A stretch of 64,000 nucleotides of DNA from Candidatus Aenigmatarchaeota archaeon (GTDB lineage: Archaea; Aenigmatarchaeota; Aenigmatarchaeia; QMZP01), in the NCBI GenBank assembly GCA_016185435.1, contig JACPNN010000021.1:269-64268 (forward strand), read 5' to 3'. Made by a program: the position numbers and the translations under genes. Positions 36,409 to 45,601 of the stretch are shown here, in pieces (position 1 is the first letter of the stretch; every line of letters starts with the position of its first letter). A model generated the notes under the pieces. The model did no database searches, was not told the DNA's origin, and saw only the letters and a program-made list of their open reading frames with translations.

Positions 36409-36443
36409 GAGCTGGTGAAGGCGTACAGTTTGAAGATAAGGGA
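36409..36443 (+). repeat. 35-bp perfect direct repeat copy 2
   Basis: See 35445-35479. Confidence 0.85.
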
Positions 36444-36448
36444 GTAGT

Positions 36449-36616
36449 ATGAGTAAAAGAAGACGTCTGAATTTGTTTCATATTGCCGGCAAGTTAACCG
36501 AAGAGCAGGCGGCAGAACTCAGAAAGCATATCTTTGATAGAAGGAAAGAGATGAGGAAAAGATTGCAGAAAACACGAAAAGCATTGAGTTTCTTCAGTGC
36601 GAAAAAGCATTTATAG
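36449..36616 (+). CDS. 55-aa highly basic small ORF (not in track)
   Basis: MSKRRRLNLFHIAGKLTEEQAAELRKHIFDRRKEMRKRLQKTRKALSFFSAKKHL; starts 6 nt after repeat copy 2; may be a relic or a small nucleic-acid-binding protein. Confidence 0.25.
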   Translation: MSKRRRLNLFHIAGKLTEEQAAELRKHIFDRRKEMRKRLQKTRKALSFFSAKKHL

Positions 36617-36640
36617 CCTTACAGAACAATTACTTACATT

Positions 36641-39475
36641 ATGTCCCTGCTAGCAAAGAAGGATGACTTCAGCCTGCATTCGATTGACGAGTCTGAACTG
36701 AAGATGGCCCTGTCCAGGCTCCAGCATCTGAAAAAGGAGATCTCAAAGGTGGTCATAGGCCAGAATGAGGTCCTGGATCAGCTGCTTATTTCTTTCCTTG
36801 CCAATGGCCACGCCCTGATGGAAAGCTACCCAGGGATGGGGAAAACCCTGATGGTGAAGACCATGGCTGCAGTGACAAGCCTCAGGTTCAGTAGGGTGCA
36901 GTCAACGCCTGACCTTCTCCCTGCCGATATCATAGGAACTTACATAATACAGGACACAGACGGCAGGAAGACCTTCACATTCAAAAAGGGCCCCATATTC
37001 GCGAACATACTGCTTGCCGACGAAATCAACAGGGCGACTCCCAAAACCCAGTCAGCCTTCCTTGAGGCCATGCAGGAGAAGCAGGTGACTGTGGGAAATG
37101 AGACCATGAAGCTTGAGGAGCCTTTTTTTGTGCTTGCAACGCAGAATCCGATAGACATGGAGGGCAGCCTGAGTCCTGAGCAGAAGGTTTTCATCAATGG
37201 CGGGATAAAGACTGGAGAAGAACTTATAGAAGTCGCAAAGAAAATGCCTTTTATCGAATCGAAAAGTTGCAGGATTTACGGTCTCGGAGACTCATACACT
37301 TATTCCTTGGACAGTAAAGGCAGAATTGAAAAGAGAAAATGCGGCCTTTATGTTTTGCCTTATGAGGGCGAGGTGGTTTCGATAAGAACAAGGACAGGCA
37401 GATTGATAAAGGTAACAAAAAACCACCCATTCCTTGTTTCAGAAAATGGACACGTAAAGTGGAAAAGGGCGGAAGAGCTAACGCTTGGCGATTTCCTTAT
37501 TTCTCCTGCTAAACTGCCTCCAGGGGATGAAAGGGAAGAGCTGATGACGCATGGCGAGACCATCGAAGAGTTAAAATCGAGATATAATGTGATTACTCAT
37601 GAGGATTTGCTGGAATTGAGACATATTTCCAAAGGATTTAGCGATTTCTCTTCCCTTGATGGGGCAGGTTTTGACAAGCTCAGAATATCCCTCAGTTTGG
37701 GTGTCAAACAGTTGGCTGCAAATCTTCTGCTAGACAAAAAAGGATACTGGAAGCTTGTTAGGTATTTGAGGGGAAATAGGCGAAATGAAGAATTAAAGAG
37801 GCTGCTGGCAGGGTTCTTCTTGGAGAGCAAGCCTATGCTCAGCGAGGAAACGGATTTCATCGAAAGCTACAGGATAACAAAAATAAGGAGGTTCAGGGCT
37901 GATCCCGATATCGCATTTTTCATCGCATTTCTGCTTTCTGATGGGACTGTTTCCGATGATTATGTCGCTGCCTATCAGAAAAATTATTCCGCATCACTTG
38001 ACAGGTTTATCTCTATTGCAAAAAGGATAGGTCTGGCGGTCGGAATATGTGAGAAAAAGGGTGGGAGAACAGCCAAAATACTTTCCAAGCCTTTTGCAGA
38101 TTACATGAAATTGAGGTTCGGAATTGGGAGACCTTCTTGGCTTCTCTCATTTCCAGAAAAGTTGAGAAAGGAGTTCCTGAGGACATTCATTGCCATGGAA
38201 TCCCATCTTGATTTGAAAAGGAGGAGGATTCTGTTCTCACAAGCCTCAGAGGAAAAAGCGAATCTGATTTCCTATATGCTTCTGAAGGAAGGCATCATTT
38301 CTTGGGCGAGATTCGAGAAAAAAGGGAAGGGCATCTTTAGAATCAAAATACAAGGCAGCGATTTTGCAAGGTACTTGGAGAATATAGGCTGGCTGGAAAA
38401 AACATTCGATTTTCACAAAGAGGGGATTGTAGGAAGCATATCAACCCACAGGACCGTCCCTGTGAGCAAGAAGATGCTGACAGATGTAGTCAAGCTGCTT
38501 GGTTTGGATTCCTTCAGGTTTCCAGGAAGGAAAGAATTTGCCCAAAGAGGCTGGTACAATGCCTACAGAAATGTCAAGGGGGGGAGGGAATACATGTCTG
38601 AAGCTCTGTTCAGGCAGATGATCTCTGATCTGAAAGGGGAAATAGAATACAGAAAATCCATTGACATAAATTCCCTTGTGCGAAAAGAGCCGAGGAAGGC
38701 AGCCGCACTTTGCGGCCTGCCAATGACAGAGATAGCAAAAAATACGGTTTTCAAAAAGCATGAGGTATGGAATCTGTATTCTGGGCAGCAGCATGAGTCG
38801 CATGAGGCCATTTCAGAACATATAGAGATGGTATTTTCCCAAAGGCTCGTTTCTGCCGAAAAGCTCATATCGTATTTTGAAGGCCTCTCCACAGACTTCA
38901 TATTTTACGACAGGATAAGGAGCATGAGATTCGAAAATTATGAAGGCCCTGTCTTTGGCCTGATGGTGCCCGGGACGCACAACTACGTTGCAGGCTTCGG
39001 AGGCTGCGGTATAAACCACAACACATATCCTCTTCCTGAGGCCCAGGTGGACAGGTTTCTGGTCAAGATACTTCTTGACTACCCCAGCAGGGATGAGGAA
39101 AAAATAATAGCGGAGATGTATTCTGCTGTGGAGGGAATTGCAGCTTTGAACCGGGTGATGGACCGCAATGACGTAATGAAGCTGCAGAAGCTCACGAGGA
39201 TGGTTCCTATTTCCACTGAAGTGAGGGACTATGCCCTTGATATAGTCCAGAAAACAAGGAAGCACGAGCACATAGAGTTCGGGGCTTCTCCCAGGGCCTC
39301 GATAGGCCTCATAGTTGCTGCAAAGGCATACGCCTTGCTGAACCAAAGGACATTTGTCAGCAAGAAGGACATACAGTATGTGGCCCTGCCGGTATTGCGG
39401 CACAGGATTATTCTGAATTTCCAGGCCGAGAAAGAGGGTTTGAAGGCGGATGACGTGGTGAAGAAACTTTTGTAA
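36641..39475 (+). CDS. MoxR-family AAA+ ATPase interrupted by a large intein
   Basis: Exteins: Walker A SYPGMGKT, Walker B ILLADEINRA, sensor-1 VLATQNPIDMEG, then ...TYPLPEAQVDRF...; extein total ~325 aa, typical of MoxR; the 944-aa ORF is explained by a 619-aa insertion. Confidence 0.7.
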   Translation: MSLLAKKDDFSLHSIDESELKMALSRLQHLKKEISKVVIGQNEVLDQLLISFLANGHALMESYPGMGKTLMVKTMAAVTSLRFSRVQSTPDLLPADIIGTYIIQDTDGRKTFTFKKGPIFANILLADEINRATPKTQSAFLEAMQEKQVTVGNETMKLEEPFFVLATQNPIDMEGSLSPEQKVFINGGIKTGEELIEVAKKMPFIESKSCRIYGLGDSYTYSLDSKGRIEKRKCGLYVLPYEGEVVSIRTRTGRLIKVTKNHPFLVSENGHVKWKRAEELTLGDFLISPAKLPPGDEREELMTHGETIEELKSRYNVITHEDLLELRHISKGFSDFSSLDGAGFDKLRISLSLGVKQLAANLLLDKKGYWKLVRYLRGNRRNEELKRLLAGFFLESKPMLSEETDFIESYRITKIRRFRADPDIAFFIAFLLSDGTVSDDYVAAYQKNYSASLDRFISIAKRIGLAVGICEKKGGRTAKILSKPFADYMKLRFGIGRPSWLLSFPEKLRKEFLRTFIAMESHLDLKRRRILFSQASEEKANLISYMLLKEGIISWARFEKKGKGIFRIKIQGSDFARYLENIGWLEKTFDFHKEGIVGSISTHRTVPVSKKMLTDVVKLLGLDSFRFPGRKEFAQRGWYNAYRNVKGGREYMSEALFRQMISDLKGEIEYRKSIDINSLVRKEPRKAAALCGLPMTEIAKNTVFKKHEVWNLYSGQQHESHEAISEHIEMVFSQRLVSAEKLISYFEGLSTDFIFYDRIRSMRFENYEGPVFGLMVPGTHNYVAGFGGCGINHNTYPLPEAQVDRFLVKILLDYPSRDEEKIIAEMYSAVEGIAALNRVMDRNDVMKLQKLTRMVPISTEVRDYALDIVQKTRKHEHIEFGASPRASIGLIVAAKAYALLNQRTFVSKKDIQYVALPVLRHRIILNFQAEKEGLKADDVVKKLL
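37166..39022 (+). other. intein (619 aa) with LAGLIDADG-like homing endonuclease region, inserted after MEG of the MoxR sensor-1 region
   Basis: Begins SLSPEQKV (block A-like, Ser1) and ends GGCGINHN followed by Thr; internal FIAFLLSDGTVSD (LAGLIDADG-like) and FLRTFIAMESHLD. Confidence 0.6.
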
Positions 39476-39560
39476 TATTGGTTGCTCAGGGGAAGAATGG
39501 GGATGCGCAGCCTTTGGCTGGCATGCCTTCGCAAAGCGAAGAGCATCGCTGGAAACCCCA
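39471..39560 (+). repeat. single copy of the repeat family seen in the 28.7-kb tandem array, followed by short hairpins
   Basis: tgtaatattggttgctcaggggaagaatgggg matches tgtaatgttggttgctcaggggaataatgggg (30 of 32 nt); downstream ccccatgctg is also shared with 29033-29042; hairpins cagcc-ttt-ggctg and ttcgc-aaa-gcgaa. Confidence 0.55.
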
Positions 39561-39626
39561 TGCTGCTGTAATCAGCTCTTATTTTCGATATGCAGTTAAA
39601 TATATTACGGCACATAATTCAATTAT

Positions 39627-40481
39627 ATGCCGATTGATCCATCCTTCCTGAAAGAGCTTGACAAGTTCAGGATAGCCATAAAAAGGAGGGTGCACAGCAA
39701 CCTGAAGGGCTCGAGGGAATCGACTGCCACAGGGGAAGGCCTTGTCTTCGAGGACTATGTGCCCTACACGCCTGGCGATGACATCAGGCACATAGACTGG
39801 AACGTGTTCGCAAGGACTGAAAAGACCTTCATAAAGAGGATGGAAGAGGAGAAGAATTCCATTGTGCATATAGTTCTCGATGCAAGTTCGAGCATGAACT
39901 TCGGGAACAATATAAAAAAATTCGAGTATGGGGCCATGATAGGCCTGGGTTTTGCCTACATGGCTGCAAAGGCCAATGAGAAATTCGAATTCACAGTCTT
40001 TTCCAACAAGCTTGATTTCATCAGGGCCAAGGCAGGCTCAAGGGGCATCATGGGCCTTGTCGAGCAGCTGAACAAGGCTGATATCGGGGGAAAAAGCAAG
40101 CTCAAGGAAAGCCTGCTGGAATACAAGAAGAACATACACTCCAGGTCAATAGTCGTGATAATTTCAGACTTCCTTTATGACATAAATGATATCAGGGAAG
40201 TCTTGTTGAGATACAAGCGAAGCCAGGCATATCTGGTCCAAATTCTGGACCCGGTGGAAAAAAACCTGAAGCTTTCGGGAGACGTCATACTTAAGGATCT
40301 GGAAACAGACACAAGCATGCAGACCTACATCTCGGCCAGGACAAGAGAGCAGTACAGGCAGAGGCTGCAGGAGCATATAATGCGGATAGATGACATATGC
40401 TCGCATCTGGGGGCGAAATTCATTTCGATGACGACCGACCAGCCTGTGTTTGATTCTTTCTACAGGATACTGTTCAATTAG
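39627..40481 (+). CDS. DUF58-family protein (MoxR partner, vWA-like)
   Basis: VPYTPGDDIRHIDWNVFARTEK...IVLDASSSM, the DUF58 signature downstream of MoxR. Confidence 0.65.
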   Translation: MPIDPSFLKELDKFRIAIKRRVHSNLKGSRESTATGEGLVFEDYVPYTPGDDIRHIDWNVFARTEKTFIKRMEEEKNSIVHIVLDASSSMNFGNNIKKFEYGAMIGLGFAYMAAKANEKFEFTVFSNKLDFIRAKAGSRGIMGLVEQLNKADIGGKSKLKESLLEYKKNIHSRSIVVIISDFLYDINDIREVLLRYKRSQAYLVQILDPVEKNLKLSGDVILKDLETDTSMQTYISARTREQYRQRLQEHIMRIDDICSHLGAKFISMTTDQPVFDSFYRILFN

Positions 40482-41184
40482 GCGTTGCCATTCTCCAGAG
40501 AACATTGAACTGGCTCAGGTAGGATTTCGCTATGTCGCTGTTGTTAATGAGGATCTGGATGTAAGGCTCCTTCCAGATGAACAGGGCCACCTTGTCGCCA
40601 TAGATGAGCATGCTTGAAAGGAGAATGTACTTTTTAGGCAGGTATCTGTATTCGCCCCTTTCCGCTTCTATTATTTTTTCCCCATCGACCATTATATGTC
40701 TTTCTTTTAGGCCTTTTTTGTTCATTCTGCTGACGAATTGTTCTATATACAGGGGCATGATGTCCTCGAACCTCTTGATAGTTCCTATACCCACGAAATC
40801 ATGCCCTTGCTTAATGATATCACTCAAGATGGTCTTTATGCCTTCTTTTCCTTTGTACACTTCCACAGCCACATCTGTTTTGTACTTCTCTTTCAATTTG
40901 ATTAGCTCAGGCATTAGCTTTTCTACAGCATCAATTTTCTCAACAAGATATTCTTTGAGTCTCTCGGGATCAGCCGCCTGGAAATATTGCCTGTTCTCTT
41001 CTGCCATCTGGCTGACCAGGCCTTTTTCCCTCAGTTTTTCGATAAGATCGTATATGTAGGTTCTATGTATCCCTGTTTCCTTCGTCAAGGTTGTCACTGT
41101 GGCCTTTCCCAATCTCAACAAAGCAAGGTATATATCTGCCTCGCTCTTGCCCAGTCCGATATCAATTAGCTTTTCCTTGTCCAT
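40474..41184 (-). CDS. TrmB-family transcriptional regulator
   Basis: N-terminal winged HTH LGKSEADIYLALLRLGKATVTTLTKETGIHRTYIYDLIEKL plus C-terminal TrmB-like domain. Confidence 0.6.
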   Translation of the reverse strand: MDKEKLIDIGLGKSEADIYLALLRLGKATVTTLTKETGIHRTYIYDLIEKLREKGLVSQMAEENRQYFQAADPERLKEYLVEKIDAVEKLMPELIKLKEKYKTDVAVEVYKGKEGIKTILSDIIKQGHDFVGIGTIKRFEDIMPLYIEQFVSRMNKKGLKERHIMVDGEKIIEAERGEYRYLPKKYILLSSMLIYGDKVALFIWKEPYIQILINNSDIAKSYLSQFNVLWRMATPN

Positions 41185-41282
41185 TATTATTTGTTGTCTC
41201 TTTTACTATTTAATGTTTTCGTCTTTTTTAAGACAACAAAAGTATTAATAGTCTATAGATTACTATCAAATAGTGATAAAAT

Positions 41283-42107
41283 ATGATAACAAAAAAACGA
41301 GTAGGCTATCAGGAAGCAGTGGAGAAGCTGAAACATAACAGCCTCGATTCGCCTCTTGGTGAAGAGCTGTCAGATAAAATCTACCAGTTTACTGAAGGCC
41401 TGCTGCAATACATCGATGACAGCGGTTTAATGGATAGGGTATGGTTCAATTCTACTGATATTGATGAAAAAGAAGAAATCCGCTCAACTACTGACAATCT
41501 TAATGTGGTGGTATGGAGACCAGATGAAAGGGGCTATGCCAAGACAGGGGCAAGCATTTATGGGCGTACTGAAGTGCTTAAACCAGAGACAAGAGACGAG
41601 CTTCTTTATGCACTTGAAAAATTGTCCGAAGATTCTCGCTACCAGAATTTGGGCCATCTTAGGGATAGGGCAGAATCAATGAAACCGGGTGCTTATGTCA
41701 CCCTGGAGTCTCATATACCTGCAGAATGCGGGGAAAAGCTTACAATCAGTAATTGGATAACTTTATGCAAAGCAGGGCCTCTTAAAGAAACAGAATCATG
41801 GGAAAAAATCAGCGAAGCTGCCAGGAATATGGCCCAGTATGGTATATCGAAAGGCAATGTGAATATGAGAATCAATTACTACACTCCCAAAGAGTTTGAG
41901 CAAGAAAGAGAAGGCGAGAAAACACTAAAGTGGCAGATAGAGTATATCAAAACATTCGATGAAGTTAAGGAAGAGAGTATCACCCTCGAAGCAGAGATGG
42001 ATGGCCCAATCGTTTCTGAGAAAAAACTCATTGTGAGCGGTTACCCGCACAGCATAGGTGCTGAGAACATGCTTAGCCGACTTTTCCTGTTTTCAAGGAT
42101 TATTTGA
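41283..42107 (+). CDS. hypothetical protein (274 aa)
   Basis: ORF with good coding appearance, divergent from TrmB regulator; no recognisable motif. Confidence 0.35.
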   Translation: MITKKRVGYQEAVEKLKHNSLDSPLGEELSDKIYQFTEGLLQYIDDSGLMDRVWFNSTDIDEKEEIRSTTDNLNVVVWRPDERGYAKTGASIYGRTEVLKPETRDELLYALEKLSEDSRYQNLGHLRDRAESMKPGAYVTLESHIPAECGEKLTISNWITLCKAGPLKETESWEKISEAARNMAQYGISKGNVNMRINYYTPKEFEQEREGEKTLKWQIEYIKTFDEVKEESITLEAEMDGPIVSEKKLIVSGYPHSIGAENMLSRLFLFSRII

Positions 42108-42387
42108 GAGTTGAAAGAGATATTCTGTGGTTTCTGGCTGACGGGGTTTATTTTCTCGACAAATGGCCTCCAACTGCAAATGCTTTATTTGGGATCAGTT
42201 TGAGAAACCTAGAAAGCATTCCTTGAAAAGGAGCAAAGAGTTCTTCCACTTCAGGAACAAGACAATAAGGCTGCTTGGGGATTACAGGTGAAGACGCTGC
42301 TATTTGGGAGGGGAAATGTACAGCAAAGTCCACTCCTTGCGGCAAACTGCGAAGCCCTATTAATATAAGGGCCTAAAAAATCATATT

Positions 42388-43323
42388 ATGAGGTCCTATT
42401 TCCTTCTCATTTTCCTCCTCCTTCCGGCGATTTCCGGCGCTGAGGAAATCTCCCTTTATTCCGTAAAGTATTCGGTGCAGGAAGACCTCTCAGTCCATGA
42501 GACAATAAGAATCACTTATGCTTCGCCTTTTCAGTCCGGGGAGAGCACATACATAATATTGGGCGATTTTTCAGGGCTGGAAATAAAGGCCGATGGAAGG
42601 CAAATCGCATACAGCGTGAAGGACTACGGGGACTCAAAAAAGGTTGAATTTGCCGTTCCGAAAGGAGCCGAAAGCCTGCTGATAGGTTTCCAGACAAAGG
42701 AGCTTGTGTTCAGGAACGAGAATGCCTACAGCTTCCAGGCATACTTCAATCCACCTGACAATGTCGGCCTTCTTAAAATAGAGATCGAACTGCCCGAAGG
42801 ATATTCCCTGTACAGAAACTTTGTTTCCCCTGAAAATTCCAGCATTGTATCAGATGGAAAAAAGATTAAGTTTTTATGGAATTTTTCTAGAAAAACAGGG
42901 GAGATACCGGTTTCCCTTGCCTTCTATCCTTCAGGAAAGATTTATTATCCCCTTTTTTATATTATCATTCTCTTTGCCTTAATCGTGATTTTTCTCCTCA
43001 TTTTCTATTTCAGAAAGAGGGTGAAGGAAGAATTCCTTGCAGGATTCACAGAAGAGGAAAAGAAGGTTATAGAGCATCTGAAAGAAAACAAGACAGTATA
43101 CCAAGACAAAATCAGCAAGCAATTCGGCTTCACAAGGGCCAAGACAACAAGGATGATGAAGAGGTTCGAGGAGAAAGGCCTGATAGAGAAATTGCCTGTG
43201 GGGAGGAAGAATAAGGTAACATGGATTTTTGGAAAGAAAAGGGAGCAGAAAGCTGAAAAAAAAGGAAAAAATGAGCAGGAAGGCAGGGAAAAGGACGCCA
43301 CAGGATGGGGGAACTATTCATAA
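42388..43323 (+). CDS. membrane-anchored regulator: signal peptide, extracellular domain, one TM, cytoplasmic winged-helix domain
   Basis: MRSYFLLIFLLLPAISGAEE signal; TM YPLFYIIILFALIVIFLLIFYF; then EEEKKVIEHLKENKTVYQDKISKQFGFTRAKTTRMMKRFEEKGLIEK (HTH-like); Lys-rich tail. Confidence 0.45.
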   Translation: MRSYFLLIFLLLPAISGAEEISLYSVKYSVQEDLSVHETIRITYASPFQSGESTYIILGDFSGLEIKADGRQIAYSVKDYGDSKKVEFAVPKGAESLLIGFQTKELVFRNENAYSFQAYFNPPDNVGLLKIEIELPEGYSLYRNFVSPENSSIVSDGKKIKFLWNFSRKTGEIPVSLAFYPSGKIYYPLFYIIILFALIVIFLLIFYFRKRVKEEFLAGFTEEEKKVIEHLKENKTVYQDKISKQFGFTRAKTTRMMKRFEEKGLIEKLPVGRKNKVTWIFGKKREQKAEKKGKNEQEGREKDATGWGNYS

Positions 43324-43692
43324 TTCCCTGCTGCCAAATGAATATATAATTTACTTCTACATTGCAGCTATGGAGAAATACAGGGCAGTCATCCTCAGAT
43401 GGGACAAAACGGAAGGGCTGAAAAGGGAGCCTTTGCTGTATGAGGGGAAAGAGATTTATGCCGAGTCATTTGATCCTTTCAGGGCAAGGGATAGTTTCAG
43501 AAGATTCGTGAATGACTTCATAAAGGATACCAGAAGTATAGATGTATATGCACTTCCACTGGATGAGGTTGACGGCCAATACATAAAACTGGCTGTCCTG
43601 CCTGTTCTGGAGCAGTGAGCCGATGTTTCGCCATGTTTCAGCGAGTTTTTATCTGGGCGAAACAATATATCTTAATGAGGGTGATTTGAAAA

Positions 43693-44721
43693 ATGAAAAC
43701 TATGGCAATTGCTGTGCTTGCCATCCTGCTGATTTCGGCAGGTGCGTTTGCGCAGCTCGGTGAGCAGAGACAGCTTCCGAAACCGGTGATAAAGACTATC
43801 GGAGTGATGGGCCAGGGCCTGGCGGTATCGCAGCAAAGTGCCTCTGATTTCGAGAGGGTGCAGATTGCGATAGTGAGAGTGGCCGTAAGCCTTGCTGACG
43901 ACAGTAAGGCGGTTGAAACAGGGATACTGAAGATAGGTGGAGAGACATACAGGCTCAGGAATGTGAGCATATCCAACGCTTCAGCTACAGCGGACCTCTA
44001 CAGAAACGGCACGCAGGTCGGAACCCTGAGCGTGGCAGCTACTGTCAGGAGCGAGCATGAGGTGTGGTTCGGCAGCCTTGAGATAAGCGGCAAGCTCTAC
44101 AACCTTTACATCCTCGGCATAGAGAGGAAAGTGAAGCCGCTGGAGAAGGCAGAGAATATCAGGGAGGAATGCAAAGAGAACCCGGAGAAATGCAAGGAAA
44201 TAGCCAAAGGGATCGGGAACATCTGCGACAACGAAGGCAGCGAGAACTGCAGGGACAAGATAAAGGAGTACTGCGAGAAGAACCCTGAGGACAACAGATG
44301 CGTGGCTGTTTTCAGGGATTACTGCGTGACGCACACGGATGACGAGAGATGCAGGAACCATCTGAGAGACTTTTGCAAGGATAATCCCGGAGATGAGAAA
44401 TGCAAAGGATTCTGCAAGGAGCATCCGCTTGTCTGTGTGAAGGCCGAGACAAAAGAGGCGGCAGAGGCAGTGAAGGAAGCGAGACAGGAAGTGAAAGAGG
44501 CAGCCAAAATAAGGCAGGAAGTCATGAAGAAGCAGCGGGAAGAGATGCAGAAGAGGATGGAGAAAGTCAAGGAAAGGGCCAAGCAGCAGAGGAGAGTGGT
44601 GGGAGAAGGCATAAACCCTCCTGTTGTTGAACCCGCAGCAACCGTATCAGGAACAGTCCAGGGTGGTGCAGGAGCGAATGCGACAGTGATAGCCACTATA
44701 GATACAGGACTGGGAGGCTAG
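43693..44721 (+). CDS. secreted cysteine-repeat protein with coiled-coil C-terminus
   Basis: Signal peptide MKTMAIAVLAILLISAGAFAQ; six-fold C-x(5-9)-C repeats (CKENPEKC, CRDKIKEYC, CEKNPEDNRC, CRNHLRDFC, CKDNPGDEKC, CKEHPLVC); E/K-rich helical tail. Confidence 0.5.
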   Translation: MKTMAIAVLAILLISAGAFAQLGEQRQLPKPVIKTIGVMGQGLAVSQQSASDFERVQIAIVRVAVSLADDSKAVETGILKIGGETYRLRNVSISNASATADLYRNGTQVGTLSVAATVRSEHEVWFGSLEISGKLYNLYILGIERKVKPLEKAENIREECKENPEKCKEIAKGIGNICDNEGSENCRDKIKEYCEKNPEDNRCVAVFRDYCVTHTDDERCRNHLRDFCKDNPGDEKCKGFCKEHPLVCVKAETKEAAEAVKEARQEVKEAAKIRQEVMKKQREEMQKRMEKVKERAKQQRRVVGEGINPPVVEPAATVSGTVQGGAGANATVIATIDTGLGG

Positions 44722-44722
44722 C

Positions 44723-44965
44723 ATGGACAGCAAGCTTGTGGCTGTTGCGGCAGCACTCATCGTGGTAGTTGCAGCAGCCATTTTTGTCGCCATGCAGAGG
44801 CCACCAGAGGTAAATCAGGGACCTGCAGAGACGCCAGTGCAGCAAGCTCCCGTGACAGGCGAGATTACAGAGGACCAGGCAGCGCAGGCGGCCGAGCAGG
44901 AGCTTGACAGCTCCCTTCAGGAGATCAGCACAGGAGAGCTGGAACAAGCGTTGCTCTCTCAGTAG
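44723..44965 (+). CDS. small membrane-anchored acidic protein
   Basis: Start overlaps the upstream stop; TM VAVAAALIVVVAAAIFV then Q/E/A-rich tail. Confidence 0.4.
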   Translation: MDSKLVAVAAALIVVVAAAIFVAMQRPPEVNQGPAETPVQQAPVTGEITEDQAAQAAEQELDSSLQEISTGELEQALLSQ

Positions 44966-45029
44966 TTTGATCCAAAAACTTTTTTCTTTTTTCCTTTTGT
45001 TTTTATTCTGAACAGCGGAAATAGGGAAT

Positions 45030-45599
45030 ATGCCAAAACAAGATACAAGGCGATGCGAATGGGCCAGAAGCGGCCTGATGATAAGATACCATGACACCGA
45101 ATGGGGCGTGCCTGTCCACGATGACAGGATGCTTTTCGAGCCGCTCGTTCTTCAGGGATTCCAGGCCGGACTTTCCTGGGAGACCATACTGAAAAAAAGA
45201 AAGAATTTCAGAAAGACCTTTGGTAATTTCAATGCAGATAAAATTGCTTCCTACACTGAAAAAGATGTGAAGAGGCTGCTGGCAGATGAGGGCATAATAA
45301 GGAACAAGTTGAAGATAGAGGCTGCAGTAAACAATGCTCAAAGGTTTCTTGAGGTGCAGAAGGAATTCGGCTCCTTTGACAAATATATCTGGCAATTTGT
45401 GGGCTACAGAGCCATTAAAAATTCTTTCAGCTCTTTATCAGAGCTTCCGGCCCAAACAACAGAATCAGGTGTAATGAGCGAAGACCTCAGGAAGAGGGGC
45501 TTCAGGTTTGCGGGCCCGACAATCTGTTATGCCATGATGCAGGCTGTCGGGATGGCGAATGATCATCTTGTGCACTGTTTCAGGCATAATAAAATATGA
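45030..45599 (+). CDS. tag: DNA-3-methyladenine glycosylase I (Tag)
   Basis: RCEWA...YHDTEWGVPVHDDRMLFE...LSWETIL... canonical Tag motifs including zinc-binding Cys/His. Confidence 0.7.
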   Translation: MPKQDTRRCEWARSGLMIRYHDTEWGVPVHDDRMLFEPLVLQGFQAGLSWETILKKRKNFRKTFGNFNADKIASYTEKDVKRLLADEGIIRNKLKIEAAVNNAQRFLEVQKEFGSFDKYIWQFVGYRAIKNSFSSLSELPAQTTESGVMSEDLRKRGFRFAGPTICYAMMQAVGMANDHLVHCFRHNKI

Positions 45600-45601
45600 T
45601 A

